Source of the DNA: Octopus vulgaris
Lineage: Eukaryota
Length of the DNA stretch: 64,000 bases
Direction: 5' to 3'
Assembly: GCA_951406725.2 (NCBI GenBank)
Contig: OX597831.1
Span: 54,064,001 to 54,128,000, forward strand
The notes beneath the pieces are model-generated. The model did not search any database. It saw nothing but the letters and a program-made list of their open reading frames with translations, and was not told the DNA's origin. This document shows, one piece after another, positions 25,145 to 38,229 of this stretch. Made by a program: the position numbers and the translations under genes. Position 1 is the first letter of the stretch. The number at the start of each line of letters is the position of its first letter.

Positions 25145-27130
25145 TATCATCATCATCATTTAATGTCTGCTTTCCATGCTAGCATGTGTTGGATGGTTTG
25201 ACATGGAGTTGTCTAGCAGGGAGCTGTCCAGACTCCAGCTGTCTGTTGAGGCATGGTTTCTATGGCTGGATGCCCTTCCTAATGCCAACCACTTAACAGT
25301 ATGTACTGTACTGGGTGCTTTTTACATGCCACTGGCACAGGTGCATTTACACAGCACCAGAACAGGTGTATTTATACAGCACTGGCACAGTTGTTTTAAC
25401 GCAGCACCAGCACAGTTGCTTTTTAAGTGGCACCAGTACTTGAAAGGTCAAGCCGGTATGTGTTGAAGACAGCCACTTTACTCAATTTGATGTGTCTTAT
25501 CAAGTACAGCAAATTGCCACATCTCTTGGTCCCTTGTCATTTCCTCAGTGTGGTCCAGCGTCTGAAGATCATTTCTCACCACTTCTTCCCACATTTTCCT
25601 GGGTCTACCCCTTCCACAGGTACCCTCCACAATTAGAACTTGGCACTTTTTTATGCAGCTGTCCTCATCCATATGCATTATATGACTAAACCAGTGCAGT
25701 CTTCTCTCTTGCACACAACATCTGATGCCTCTTATACCCAATTTTCCTCTTAAATCATTTACACTCTGTTGTGCATGCACACTGATATAACCCATCCAGC
25801 AAAGCATGCTAGCTTTATCTTTTTCAAGCTTTCACAAGTCCTCTGTAGCAAAGCCTATGTTTCTCTGCCATGTAACACAGCTGTACATACACAGGCATCA
25901 TACAATCTGCTTTTCACTCTGAACTTCAACCAGTATGTTCCTATCCTAGCTACTACACTTTCAGAACTTCCTCCACCACCACTTCTAACTTGGTCTCCTA
26001 GGTAGCAGAAGCTACATACTACTTCTAATGACACCCCCCAACACACACACCCAGCATTTGAGGGAGCCTATTGTCTGCACATTTTTAGTGCTTATTGTAC
26101 CTGCACATTTGCTACATACAAAGGCTATTCTCCATTAACCTTCCTGTGATACCACTACACCTCTTATGTGTCCAAAGCTTGCACTGGGTTCAACATATGG
26201 AGTTTCTACTAACACTCTTCTTACGTATCAAGCAAGGCCATCTTCCAGAAGGGACTAGTGCTTGTCTGTTTCCCTACTTACTAGGACTTTGGGTTTTGCT
26301 AAAATTAACTCTAAGGCCTTTAGATTTCAGATCTTGTTTCCACACCTGAAATTTCTTCTATAAGTCAGGTAGTGATTCAATTATAAAAACAAGGTCATCA
26401 GTGTTGAGGAGCTCCCAGGAACAGCCAGTCTTGAATTCCTCTGTTAAGGCCTTGAGGACTAAGGTAAACAGGAGGGGCTGAGAACTGGGCCTTGGTGAAC
26501 ACCTACATATGTATGGCTTGTACTGCTTCCACTAACCACTCATCTGCCCCTAGCTTCTGCATTGACCACCAGATAAGGGAAATAGGGGACCTTGTCAATG
26601 GCTTTCTCCATGTTAACAAAAGCCAGGTACAGAGGTTTATTTTTGGCTAAATACTTCTGAAGTTGCCTAACCAGGAATATAGCATCAGTCGTGCTCCTGC
26701 CTGGCACAAGTCTGAACTGCATCTCATCTACACTAACTCTCTTAATTAATTGAGTTATGACTCTTTCTGTGACTTTCATCACCTGGTTCAGCAATTTGAT
26801 GCCTCTATAATTATTTCTGTCTAAGGCATAACCTTTGCCTTTGTAGCAGTTGACTATAATGCTGCTACACCAATCACTGGGTATTACTCCCTCATGGACA
26901 ACCTGATTAACTATATAGGTGACTAGGCCTTATCCTACTCCACCAGATATTTTTAGCATCTCAGTAGTGATTCCTGATGGGCCAGGGGCTTTTCCTGTTT
27001 TCATATCCTTAATTGCTTTATCCACCAAGCTATTGTTGATTTAGATAGCTGGTCCCTCAGTTGGGTCTATAGACTCTCCTTCTCCCATTCATTTTCCATG
27101 TTTAGCAAACTTTCATAATGGCATTTCCAA
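25145..27130 (-). mobile_element. 5'-truncated, decayed RTE-clade LINE (reverse transcriptase through 3' tail)
   Basis: YKGKGYALDRNNYRGIKLL, DEMQFRLVPGRSTTDAIFLVRQLQ, LLNTDDL (decayed YADD), FCYLGD, LHGRET, RRLHWFSHIMHMDED..GRGRPRKMW; (CAT)n tail at 25146. Confidence 0.95.
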
Positions 27131-27594
27131 TATATTATTGAAAGAACTAAAGAAAAAAGCTCAAAGGAGCCATTGGTATGAATTTAGATAACTTAATTTA
27201 TTGAAATTTTTCTTTTGAGTTGGAGACAGAAAACAAACTCTACAGACAATTGTTGGTGACTGTCAAGGAGATAAAGGGAGATAATTTCAAGAAATTAAGC
27301 ATAAATTTCTTAACTTAACTTACATGCTTGTTGAAAGGACAGTTTGATATTTATTTACTGGCAAAGGACAACTATGATCATGTTTTGTTTTGTTTGACCA
27401 TACCAATGTAGAACAGTCTACTTAACTCTGCAATTCAGAAGGTAGAGTTGCATATATTTTGGGGCCAAGGTAATTTACATAATTAAAAATAAAAACAGCA
27501 AAGAGAAATAAATCAAAGTGACATGAATTTGTATTGTTATGAATATCGTATGGTATACATTCTTTACATTGAAACTTCCCTTTGATTTGGAGGT

Positions 27595-27920
27595 ATCATA
27601 TTATCATCTAATTTTCCATACTTGCATGAGTCTGACAGAAGTTGTTGAGGTTGGTTTTCTATAGCCAGATATCCTTTTTGTCATCAATACTTACTTGTTT
27701 CCAAGTAAGGTAGTGATGCATGTTTAAAAATAATGCAGGATGGCAAGACAAGGAGATTAAACACACATAATTATCACGCACACACTGGGCGTTAGTTACT
27801 GTTTACCAATTCCATTCACAATGATTTGGTCAACTTGGGATTGTTTGCCCAAGGTATGATACAGTGGAACTGAACCAGAAACCATATAGTCAGAAAGCAA
27901 ACTTCTTAACCACACAAACT
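27595..27920 (-). mobile_element. Degraded RTE 3'-end piece followed by a degraded SINE
   Basis: ttttccatacttgcatgag...ctatagccagatatcc; then gtggaactgaaccagaaacc...gcaaacttcttaaccacaca. Confidence 0.6.
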
Positions 27921-28109
27921 GAGTGTTAACAATTTGTAGCACATAAGAGAAGTGTTACATAATATAGAATATGATTGTATTTATTATGCTGAGCTTTATG
28001 GCACTACTTAAGTTTCAAATATGCTTATGCAAAAGTTTGAACAAGCATGTAAATGTGAAACTTCAGTGATTGCATACAGTTTAGCTATTATGTATGTATG
28101 TATGCATGC

Positions 28110-28525
28110 ATGCATGCCTTTCCATGCTTGCACTGATTGGGTTGAGCTCCACCACCTAGTCTTGCCATCTGTTGCATTCTTTTGTCATCTCTTATGTGAA
28201 GCTATGACCAGCTTTTACTATTACTAAACATGTCTTCTTTGGTCTTTCTCTTCCACAGTTTCCTTCCACTTGGATATCCTGGCTCTTCTTTCCCCATCTC
28301 TTATCCTCCATAAACCTCACATATCTGTACCAACAAAGTTTTCATTTTTCTTGTTCATTGCAGCTGATTCTTCTTTTTCATAGTTTCTCTCAATCCATCT
28401 GTATCACATCATTCATGCATACTAACATTACACATCCAGCAGAGCATGCTTGCTTCATTTCCTTTCAACCTTTGCTCATCCTTTATATTCACGTCTCACT
28501 ACCATGCACCATCACACCTTGTGCA
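28110..28525 (-). mobile_element. Old RTE LINE 3' fragment
   Basis: ggtctttctcttccaca (RGRP region) and acattacacatccagcagagcatgcttgcttcatt (EASMLCWMCNV) align with the 25145 and 46458 copies. Confidence 0.75.
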
Positions 28526-29907
28526 TAATCGAAATGCCACACACACACAACTGGATCAGTAATTTAATCTGGAAGTGAAGATAATAGATTTGAAGACTGG
28601 AGAACAAATAGGAAAGAAATACCCCCACTAATTGCTTATTGGTGCTATGCAATTAGAGGATCTATTTATGTAAAGGCTGTATTGTTGTTAGTGTGTACAA
28701 GAAATACTTATGAAGAAAATATTCTGATATCATATTGTTTCAGAACCTATCTCTAAGGCAAATGTTTTTTTTTGTTTTTGTTTTTTGTTAATGTTTTCAC
28801 TTAAAATCTAGGCATTAATACCTCTTATTATTTTAGTTTGCTCAGAACACAGTTATCATACTTCAAAAATAAACATGTATAATTTGTTTTCTTGTCTTTG
28901 CACATACTTTATCTTTATTTGTCTTTCAATAAAAGAAAAACATTGAATTAGTCCTTCTTGGAAATATACTCTAGTTCATAATATTTACATTTGCCGACTA
29001 AGTCAATGTATTGTCATAATTGATTTTTATGCAACCTGTGATACAGAGACCAATTTTTTTTATTATCTCAAAATGTAAATGATTAATTCAAATAATACAT
29101 TATCTTTATTCAAATATCATATCTATAATCATTTCATTTAATGTCTAATTTTCTTTGTTGGCATGGATTAGATAGATTTGATCAACCATCTCTCTCTCTC
29201 TAACTGTACAACTTTTCAATAATAGTCTGTAATTAGCGAATCATTTATTGTTCTAATACAGCTCACAATACCATGTGGACAGCAATATTGACTTCTTTCA
29301 TATTGCTTGTTTTCCCACCCACCCACTCATGAAATGGTCTGGCTGAATTTGGCATAAAGCAAAGATAAAATTGTCCGTAATAAATAAAATAGGTAGTGCT
29401 CAAGAAATGAGAAATGAAGACTGATCTAATATCATGCATTGCTGATCTGGAAGTGTGTGTGTGTAAGGCTATGTTAATTTTGATTAGTTCACTTGAATAG
29501 AAAATACTTCCAAAGAACTCCAGAATAAGGCAATATTTCACAAGAATTGTGTTATTCAGTTAAACGTGCCTGGAAAGAAATATATAGAAGAAATTATTTT
29601 TGCCTGCATGTGAAGGAAAGTATATTTGTACTCTTCAAGACATCATTTTAACTTCAAAGCTTTTATTTAATTATATTGTAATTTGATAATCTTATTTATT
29701 TATTTTGTAATTTGATAATCTTTTGAAGATGCGCTATTGTTTAATAATGTAACATTACATTTCTTTCATCCGTTTCAAAGCAATAAAGGATTTTACACAT
29801 TATTCTTGGAAACTTCTAGAAGAGGCTTTAGTATTCATTCTAGAAAAATGTAGTGCTGAGGTTCATTCAATGTTAAAATAAGTATTAATAAAACTTCCCC
29901 AGATTAA

Positions 29908-30236
29908 CCGTTTTGAGACCAACCCACCTGAGATCCCTCTTCTATGATCCAAATTCCCTGTTTTAAAGTCATCTAAATTAAAACCATTCAGAAAAGTTTC
30001 ATATTAACCTTTGTTTCAAACACCAACTTAATGGTTTCAAGTTTTAACACAAGGCCAGCAAATTTGGGGGAGAGGGTAAGTCAATTACATTGACCCCCAT
30101 GATTTAACTGGTACTTTTTTTATTGACCCCAAAAGGATGCAAGGCAAAATTGACCTTGGAATTTGAACTCAGAATGTAAAGACAGATGAACTTAGTAATG
30201 ACAATGTATTTCAGTGGAAATATGGAAACAGAAGGG
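29908..30236. mobile_element. TTAA-flanked piggyBac-like MITE carrying a nested Nin-type SINE (30031-30188, minus)
   Basis: TTAA|CCGTTTTG...CAGAAGGG|TTAA; internal SINE piece flanked by an aactta duplication. Confidence 0.55.
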
Positions 30237-30269
30237 TTAAATGCATAAGGAAATGGGCTGGTGAGGAAG

Positions 30270-30660
30270 ACTCTATGTGATCACTGAACTTGTTAAAACA
30301 GTAGCTAAACCTCTCTCAAATTACATCGTATGTTAAAAAGGGGAAGGACACATTATGCACTACTAGCTACTCCTGAAAAGTGTAAGCTAGAATTCTTTTG
30401 ATGACAGGACTTGCTTGATGAAAGCTGCCTTGGTTCTAAACAACAATAACCTTTCTTACTTTGTTAACAGAAGTTACTGCTTCTGTTGATGGTGTAAGAT
30501 ATTATTTGTTATTATTTAGCTCCTTGCAGATCTATGGTGAAAGACATTCCAGTCGTGACCATTCAGATTACTCTATCCCTTTTTTTTTTTTAAGTGGCAG
30601 GGTATGATTTGAGAGAGATGTGCTAATTCTAACAGGTCAAGTGTCTATGTAGGGGTGTCT
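30270..30660. mobile_element. Two oppositely oriented copies of an abundant ~200-bp repeat with a (CAA)n-like tail
   Basis: ctctatgtgatcactgaacttg...ctaaacaacaa (+) then the reverse copy; further copies at ~45200-45390, 47760-47950, 53990-54190, 54985-55170, 55400-55600. Confidence 0.65.
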
Positions 30661-31782
30661 TATTCATTCAAATTATTTTATGAATGAATTACAAGTTAGC
30701 TGAGATAGTTGTATAATAGATTGATTGTTATTCATTGGGTGTTAAATGTAAATTTAGAAAATATATAATAGTTGGTGCTTCATGAAAGCCTACAAAAGAC
30801 AAAGATTCTGGTATGGGCACATTATGAATGAATGATGTGTTGAGCAAAAATGTACATGGGATAAATAAGATATAGAGATAGGCTGAGGAAGTCATAGGAA
30901 AAGCAATTAGATCAGGTTTGTGAAAGATAGGCAAAGTAAGATAAAGGTAAATAAAAGTACAAATTTAAAGTTAAATCAAAGATAATTCAACAAAAAGAAA
31001 GAATTTTTAAAAAACTCCTTTCACTGACTGTTGATATATTACAGCAAATTAAACATGTACAGTAAACATGTACAATTGCTTACATTTCCTAGATCTAAAA
31101 AAACTGTAAAGTGTTTGGTATTGTTACTGTCTGTTCTTTTGTGATAAGAATAAATAATTTTACGCTGTAAAAAGATGAGCTTAACTTCAAAGTAATATTT
31201 TAGAATAAGAATTTCAATTTCTTTTTAGATTTATTCTTACTGTGGTTTTTGTTATCCGTTTGATTTTTTTCTTTTTCCCCAACATATGTTGAGGTGGTAA
31301 ACGAAAATTACATTTACATGTACTTGTTAAATACGTTAGGCATAAAATTTTTAACTGTTATTCAGAGTGGTTTTTTACATGATATGAATTTTTATGAATC
31401 ATTTTAAGGTAAATGCCAGAAAGTAGAATAATGTTTTTGGACCTACTTGACTTTATTTTGGTAAGTAAAGAAGATGCATATAATTTAAGACCAATAGGAA
31501 AGGGTGAATGTCATAACCATATATCAGTAGCAAGAATTTAGGAAAGGATTAGAAGTGAGAGGAAATAATTCTGAAATTCACAAATGTATATGCTTGCATG
31601 CATTAAAAGTTAACTAAATACAGTAATAGACCATTTAATCTCACTTGCTTGAAAAATTACTTTGAAAACATTCTGGCTTCATTCATTGTTTTTATAATTC
31701 AATGAACACTTTAGATTTCTTGGAAACCTTATATTTCACTAAATCTTAATATTTCTTATATTTTTCATAATAGAAACTCTCA

Positions 31783-31784
<2 letters not shown>

Positions 31785-31817
<33 letters not shown>
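31785..31817. repeat. (CA)n microsatellite
   Basis: Visible directly. Confidence 0.95.
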
Positions 31818-31819
<2 letters not shown>

Positions 31820-33509
31820 AGTGAGTTGTTTTGATTGATTAATGAAGCTTTGCTACTTTTGTTTCTAGACAATGGGACATACTACAAATAATCACTGTCA
31901 AAACTATTTGATAGATTTCATTTATTTTTTCAGCTTTTCTTCTTTCGTTGCTTTTAAAATTATCAGATTTTCTTTATTTTTATTGCCTGTTCATAAATAA
32001 GCCCAGCAGTATATTTATCTATAAAACTAAAGGAAGCCAAGAAAAGAAATGAAGCATAGTTATTTAGTGAAGTTATTATGTAAGAATGTTTTTCAAGAAA
32101 ATAAGTTATTGATTATGTGTAGTGATGTCAAATGACCTGTTCATGAAATAAAGTTATAAATTTTAAACCTTTTTATTATAGTATTATTTCTTTTTTCTAC
32201 TTTTAAAATTAAGAAAACAAATTTGGCAATTTTAGAAATAGCCATAAACTATTACATTAAATGTAGGTTTCAAATCTTGCTTTAAAAGAAGCTGATAAAA
32301 CAAATTGTTCATATGAGGGGAAAGACAGAAATAGTCTAGGGAATACTACCATTATGGGATGCATTTAAAATATAGCACTTTACACTATTTTCCTGAACAA
32401 CTTAGCTGAAAATAGCTACTATTCCCACTTGATGATTTAAAAATTGAGATAAAGTAGAGCATCCATTTGTAACCTTTTTATGTTAACAGCAGTTAATATA
32501 AATATCTAAAATGGACAGAAGTGCTCCAAAAATTAAAATTTAATAAAAAAAAATTGCAGTTTGTTCTTAATAAATTATTGATGCTGCCTTCGTAGTTAAA
32601 TTTATGAAGGTTTATTTCAGTTGATATTGTTGCGCAACAAAAAAAGTTGGTCCCTCCATCACAGTAAATACAAAGTTTATTTTGTAAGACAGAAAGAAGG
32701 TATAGTTTATCTCCACCTCAATGTATTTCTGTGTACTCATTTCCTATAATTTCATCATTCTTGAAAAGCAAATTTTGCTCCAGTTAACAATTCATTTCAA
32801 CCTAGATATAGTAAAGCATTTAAAATAATTATCTGCTGTGTATACCAATTCCATTATAAAGTTGACTAAATATTAAATCTTTGAATTTCGGCTATGTTCA
32901 AATTATCTTGTGTTTTGACACATTGTAAGAAAAATCGACAAATGTGATTAAGAATTTTATTCTAAATTGCATAAAATAGTAGTAGTTTTGATCTATTGAG
33001 GCAGACATTACATAATATTAGCAATGCATTTGAACTCTGGTATTAGAAAAAAGTGTGGGAATGGGGGTTAAATGTTGATCCCATCCAGGAAGACAAAACT
33101 ACAGTTAGAAGTCTTAGGGGAGAATTAAAATGCACTACTTCTAGGAATGTGGCCAAGGTTGATGAGGATGATAATGAAGTATTTACTTGATATCAAAACA
33201 TCAGTAAAGACTACACATGTATTAAAGAGAAGTAAGTAGTGTTGAATGATCTCAAAGAAGGGCAAAAGTAACAACCCAACCAAAAAGGAATTTTTTTAAC
33301 TGAGAGGACCTGCATGACTACCAATTAATTGAAACTGCAAATAGGTAATTAATTAGTGAAAAAAAGAATAGGCTGATCTGAAGTGACAACTTCAGGCAAG
33401 TTTCAGTCTTATTAGACCTCCTCAGTGAACCATAATCATCCATGTGACTGCTAGATTAATAAAGAGATAAAAGAATATATATTCATTTATAAAGGTTGCT
33501 CATACACTT

Positions 33510-33632
33510 TTTATTTCTCAAGATGTCACTTTTCAGCACACCACTGCACTCTGGGTCACCAATACAGTTCCATTTTGTCAGTGGTCAGATTGTAGTGGTG
33601 TAATGAAAATTTTGGTACCTTTGAGAAATAAA
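33510..33632 (+). ncRNA. Candidate pri-/pre-miRNA hairpin
   Basis: tttatttctcaa/ttgagaaataaa, tgtca/tggta, ttttca/tgaaaa, acaccactgca/tgtagtggtgt, tctg/caga, gtcac/gtggt, acag/ttgt, loop ttccatt; wobbles are G-U on +. Confidence 0.55.
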
Positions 33633-36438
33633 TGAAAATCATAGTCTCAGACCATGTCACTCACCAAATATGTACAACTCCAATTTTTTTTTCTATTTTA
33701 GTCACTTGTAATATCATATCAAAATATGGTAAGATGATCAATAACTCTTCTATTATGTAAATTTTAAACTACTCAGAATACTTGAATAATTTTAATAACA
33801 ATTTCTCAACTGAATCACTATTTGAATTGAAGTTAACAAGTTGTGTGAAACTTAGCATTAAAAATGGCCCTATTGAAACACGCAGAGACACTGTCATATA
33901 TTAATATCCTTTAGCTCTTGGTGTATGGTCTTGTTAATATAGGCTAAATTCCCTGTTAAGAGAATAGAGAAATGGAAATTTCTGCTGATTTCTCTGTTGG
34001 TTCAAATATGTCTAATCTGTCCTTTTTCCACTCACTCAATCAAGAATATATTTCTCTTTTACCATTCTTTCAGCAATGATCTCTTCTCCTAAATTTTCAA
34101 TTTTAACCACTTACATGCCAACCATATTTATTTCTCAATTTCTTTGCATTCTCAACTGAATCAGTGTATTTCAATAGAACTTCCTCTGCATATTCCCCCC
34201 AAAGAATTCTGAAAAACATATTTAGTGACAACAAAATGCACAAAAGCATTTCAATGGAAAAAATAAATGGAGATTTTCTGCTCTTCATGAGTAGTTCTAG
34301 CTTTTAAAGTATCTCATTCACTAGACATATTAAAACTCTCTCCAACAAACTTATTTTATTTTTTAGAAACTTATCAATTTCAATAAACTTAGTTGAAGAA
34401 ATGTAATTTCCCTTGGGAATGTGAAAAAAAAATGCTTTAATTCTTGAATATTTGTTGCCTAAAACCTAAATAAACTGCTTTTGTATCTGGAAGAGTACAA
34501 TTCTTTAATAAGTAGCTTACTATCAATTGCAGCTTGATATAAATATTGAAAAGTAATGTAAAACAACAAAAATGTACACAACAGCCAAATTATATTTAAG
34601 CAGGAGAGGATCTGAAATACATGTTTGCTAAATAAATCATTACAAGAGATAAATGGAAATTTTTTTTTTAAAGTTAAAGAAAGCAAATCATTTGTAGCTA
34701 CCCTGGTGTGACATTCATGTAAAAGCATGACACTGAACAATTATAAGCTGCACTACATGTATACTATAACATGAGGTATCAGTAAATAATACACATAACA
34801 TTCATCTTCTGACTTATTTTCATAAAGTAATCTAAAATATTAAACTCTGATAAATGTCTAAAGTCTTTTTTCATAGAAAATATTCCTGTGCGATGTTGCT
34901 CACATGGTTTTGTGTTCTTTTTTTTTTTCTTTTTCTTTTTTTTTTCATTACTCTAAAAAGCATTTATGGCTTTTAAAAGGTGGTTGAAGCACTTGAATAT
35001 CTGGAATCGTTTTTTAAAAGCCTACAAATGTTTTTCACTCAAAAATGAACAAACAGAAAACTATGTAACACCATTGTCCACAAAGAGTATTTTCTATCAA
35101 CAAAGTTTCTTTTTTTTTTCTTTTTCTTTTTTTCTTTTTTTTCAAATAGTTCTGTTTAAACTAGATTTCGGTGATCAGAGGCAATTATACTTTAAAGCTA
35201 GAAAATTTGACTATCTTTAAACAAATTGATAAAATTTATAATTATACTCTGAAAGTTAAGAAAATTACTTTGATCTAATTATTAACAGGAATTTTAAAAT
35301 TTCAAAAACACACTGCAGTTACAGTTTAAAAAAATATTTGTTTGGAATATCCTTTTCAATCATCATCAATATATTAATGATGGTACTGGCTACACTGATC
35401 TACTGTACATCATTTTAGCAAATGTCTTGGTCTCTTCTACCTTTTATTGAACAACACTTTCATCATACATACTCATATATACCAGCATTATCATGGGACT
35501 ATTTGTTGTAAGCCACTAAGTTCTGTAAATGGAAGGGACAACAGCCTGGCATAGTAATGGTAAAACTATACCAGCTAAACAACAGGCTTGGAAAGTTTGA
35601 AAAAAAAAGGGCAGCAAGTGAAATATCAAGCATCTGACAGATGTCTTTAAACAAAAGAGATTTGCAAATATTCTACACCGTGAGGATGATTGACACAAAA
35701 TATTCTAAAGTGCAAAGTAGCATATTTATATAAATTGAGATGTCATTGAGAGGTGTGCCTGAAGTGATGCAGGTTCACTTGAATTTTCTATGGTAACCTG
35801 CCACTGTGGTAGTGGAAAGAAAGAGATGTATAAGTGCTACAATGAGAAGTTGCTGAATGAAAAGTACTAGTGGGATAGTGAAGGATTACTCAGTCAATCA
35901 ATTGTAATACCTCTTCCTACATCTTAGTTTTCTTTTTCTATGGATACTCTATTGAAAGCTCATGGTACTTTATCACCCAACACTTTTTGTCCACTCCTTT
36001 ACATTCACATCAGTGCAATTATTGCTCCTTCACAATTTAGCTGATGTTTTTAAGCCCAATTATGGTCAGTCCCTCATGCATACTAATATTACATCTGCTA
36101 CACACCTGCTAATTCTATTTCTCTTTGGTATCTACAGATCTACATCCTCTGTATATGTTGTCTTGCTATACAGTACTTCTTTCACTTGCTTCATATAGTG
36201 TCTCGCTGAAAGAGGAAATTTCTTACTATTATTAACTTTCAAATTGGTTTTGATTAAGCAGTCCTATGGTCTGTAATTGGTAACAAACAACTAGGCACAT
36301 GATTCACAGATTCAGTATTCAGTCAGTGTTTAGAGTACCATAGTGCTGTTTATTAGTGGTGTAATGATGAGGCATGTATTGATTGCTGTGCACAACTTGG
36401 ATACAGCTATGCCGATTCTATCTTTTTTTTTTTTAGAG

Positions 36439-36702
36439 AAGTGGTTTGCAGTTTTTTACAATTTTCAAAAAAATCACAGAACTCATATTTTACAGACATC
36501 ACACCGCCTTAATTTTGATAAGACACTAAATGAAACAAAAACTAATTTAGAGACAATTTATTCATATAAAAACATATAACATTACTTTGAAATGATGAAT
36601 ATCATTTTTATATAAAATAATTTTTTATTAAATTTAATTTTTAAGAAAAAAAAACCTTGCAGAACCCCAAAATATTTTCATGGAGCAGCTTGAGAAACAC
36701 TG
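36439..36702. mobile_element. Degraded hAT-like MITE related to 420-699
   Basis: Right end gaaccccaaaatattttcatggagcagcttgagaaacactg followed by atctagga; left end uncertain. Confidence 0.5.
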
Positions 36703-36719
36703 ATCTAGGATATAACATT

Positions 36720-37730
36720 TGAAGAGAGATGGATTTTTAATTGATATTTGTCTGATATTCCCAGCAAGTCAAGTAATGGCAACTAGGTTATCAACATAAG
36801 TTTTTGAGTTCAACTAGTTTTGAATTTTTGTTATGGCCTCAAAAAATAAAGGGACTGAGGACTGTACTCTCTCTGATGGACACCCACTTGCATATTGAAT
36901 TCTTAACTAAACTCACTCCAGCTCCTTGAATCTTTGTATATGATCTCAGTCAGTATCTCAACTGGAAATATGACATTTGTAGTTTTGTTTTCTAACTCAA
37001 GCCTAAACAGCATCTTATCCAGACTCACATTCTTAACTAGCTTTGTAAAAATTCTGTGAGCCATCTCTGATTGCCCTGTCCATTGCATCTCTCTTACTTT
37101 GTACCAATTGGTATTACTATACAAGACAGAGGAGATAGCATCTTCCTGCACTACTTATTTTAGTGAATAGCTAACATTTGACACAAATTGAATTATATCT
37201 TCTTCATATCAGCTATCATCACTAGTTAACTTCCTGTTTTCATTCCTCTTAATAGCCTTACTATCCTGATGTTAACCTCAGCTGGATCAACCCTGAGCAG
37301 TCCTTTGCTACCTCACTCATTCTTTTGTCACCAGCTTATAGTAGCACTTTCATGTTTCCTTCTTTCCACTACCATAGAAATCAAGAGCATCTATACACAC
37401 TTCTCCTCAATTCATATAAATATACTGCTTTGCATTTCAGAATATTTCCTGTTACTAATCCTCACAGTGTAGAATATTTGCAAATCTCTTTTGCTTAAGT
37501 ATATTTGAGATCTTGCTTCCTGCTTGATATTTCACTTGCACCCTTTTATTCCAAGCTTTCTGGGCCTGTTGTTCAACCATCATAGTTTCACTATCACCGC
37601 ATCTAGCTGTTGTCTCCCTCATGCACAGGACTGACCAGAGGTATACAGCAAATTGTCCTATTGGAATGCTTGTAATGGGAACGACTACAATGTGTCTGAA
37701 ATATGGAAATGTTATGTGTAGTCCATATTT
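36720..37730 (-). mobile_element. Old RTE LINE RT fragment
   Basis: VSLDKMLFRL (cf. VSVDEMQFRL at 26540-26794), NVIFPV (cf. DAIFLV), QVGVHQ..VLSPLF. Confidence 0.65.
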
Positions 37731-37890
37731 CATTAAAAACTTGTAAGGAAAACAAGTTTCAAGTTTTACTTATAACATATAAATTTACCTTCAGTGCTTT
37801 CAAATAAGCTTGTTCAACCTTTTGTACTGGATGTATTTTTGTCTGTTTTTTTTTCTTCTAGAGGAATACCTTGTAAACAGAAAGATATAT

Positions 37891-38229
37891 TTTCTTTATC
37901 TTTTACTTGTTTCAGTCATGCTGGGGTACCATCTTGAAGAATTTTTAGTTGAATGAATTGACCCCAGTACTTTTTTTGTAAGCCTGGTACTTACTATATC
38001 AGTTTCTTTTGCTGAAACACTAAGTTATAGAGATGTAAACACACCAACGCCAGTTGTCAAGCGATGGTGGGATACACACACAATGAGCTTCTTTCAGTTT
38101 CCGTCTACCATATCCATTCACAACATTTCAGTCAGTCTGGGATTATAGTGGAAGACACTTGCCCAAAGTGCCACACAGTGGGATTGAACCTGGAACCATG
38201 TAGTTAGGAAGCAAACTTCTTACTACACA
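37891..38229 (-). mobile_element. tRNA-derived SINE, near full length
   Basis: Reverse of the 4385 family from cttttacttgtttcagtcatg to gaacctggaaccatgtagttaggaagcaaacttcttactacaca. Confidence 0.9.

Noticed and set aside
29676-29723. Short tandem duplications (also 5671-5700, 22511-22565, 31051-31074)
   Set aside because: Ordinary slippage duplications with no further structure
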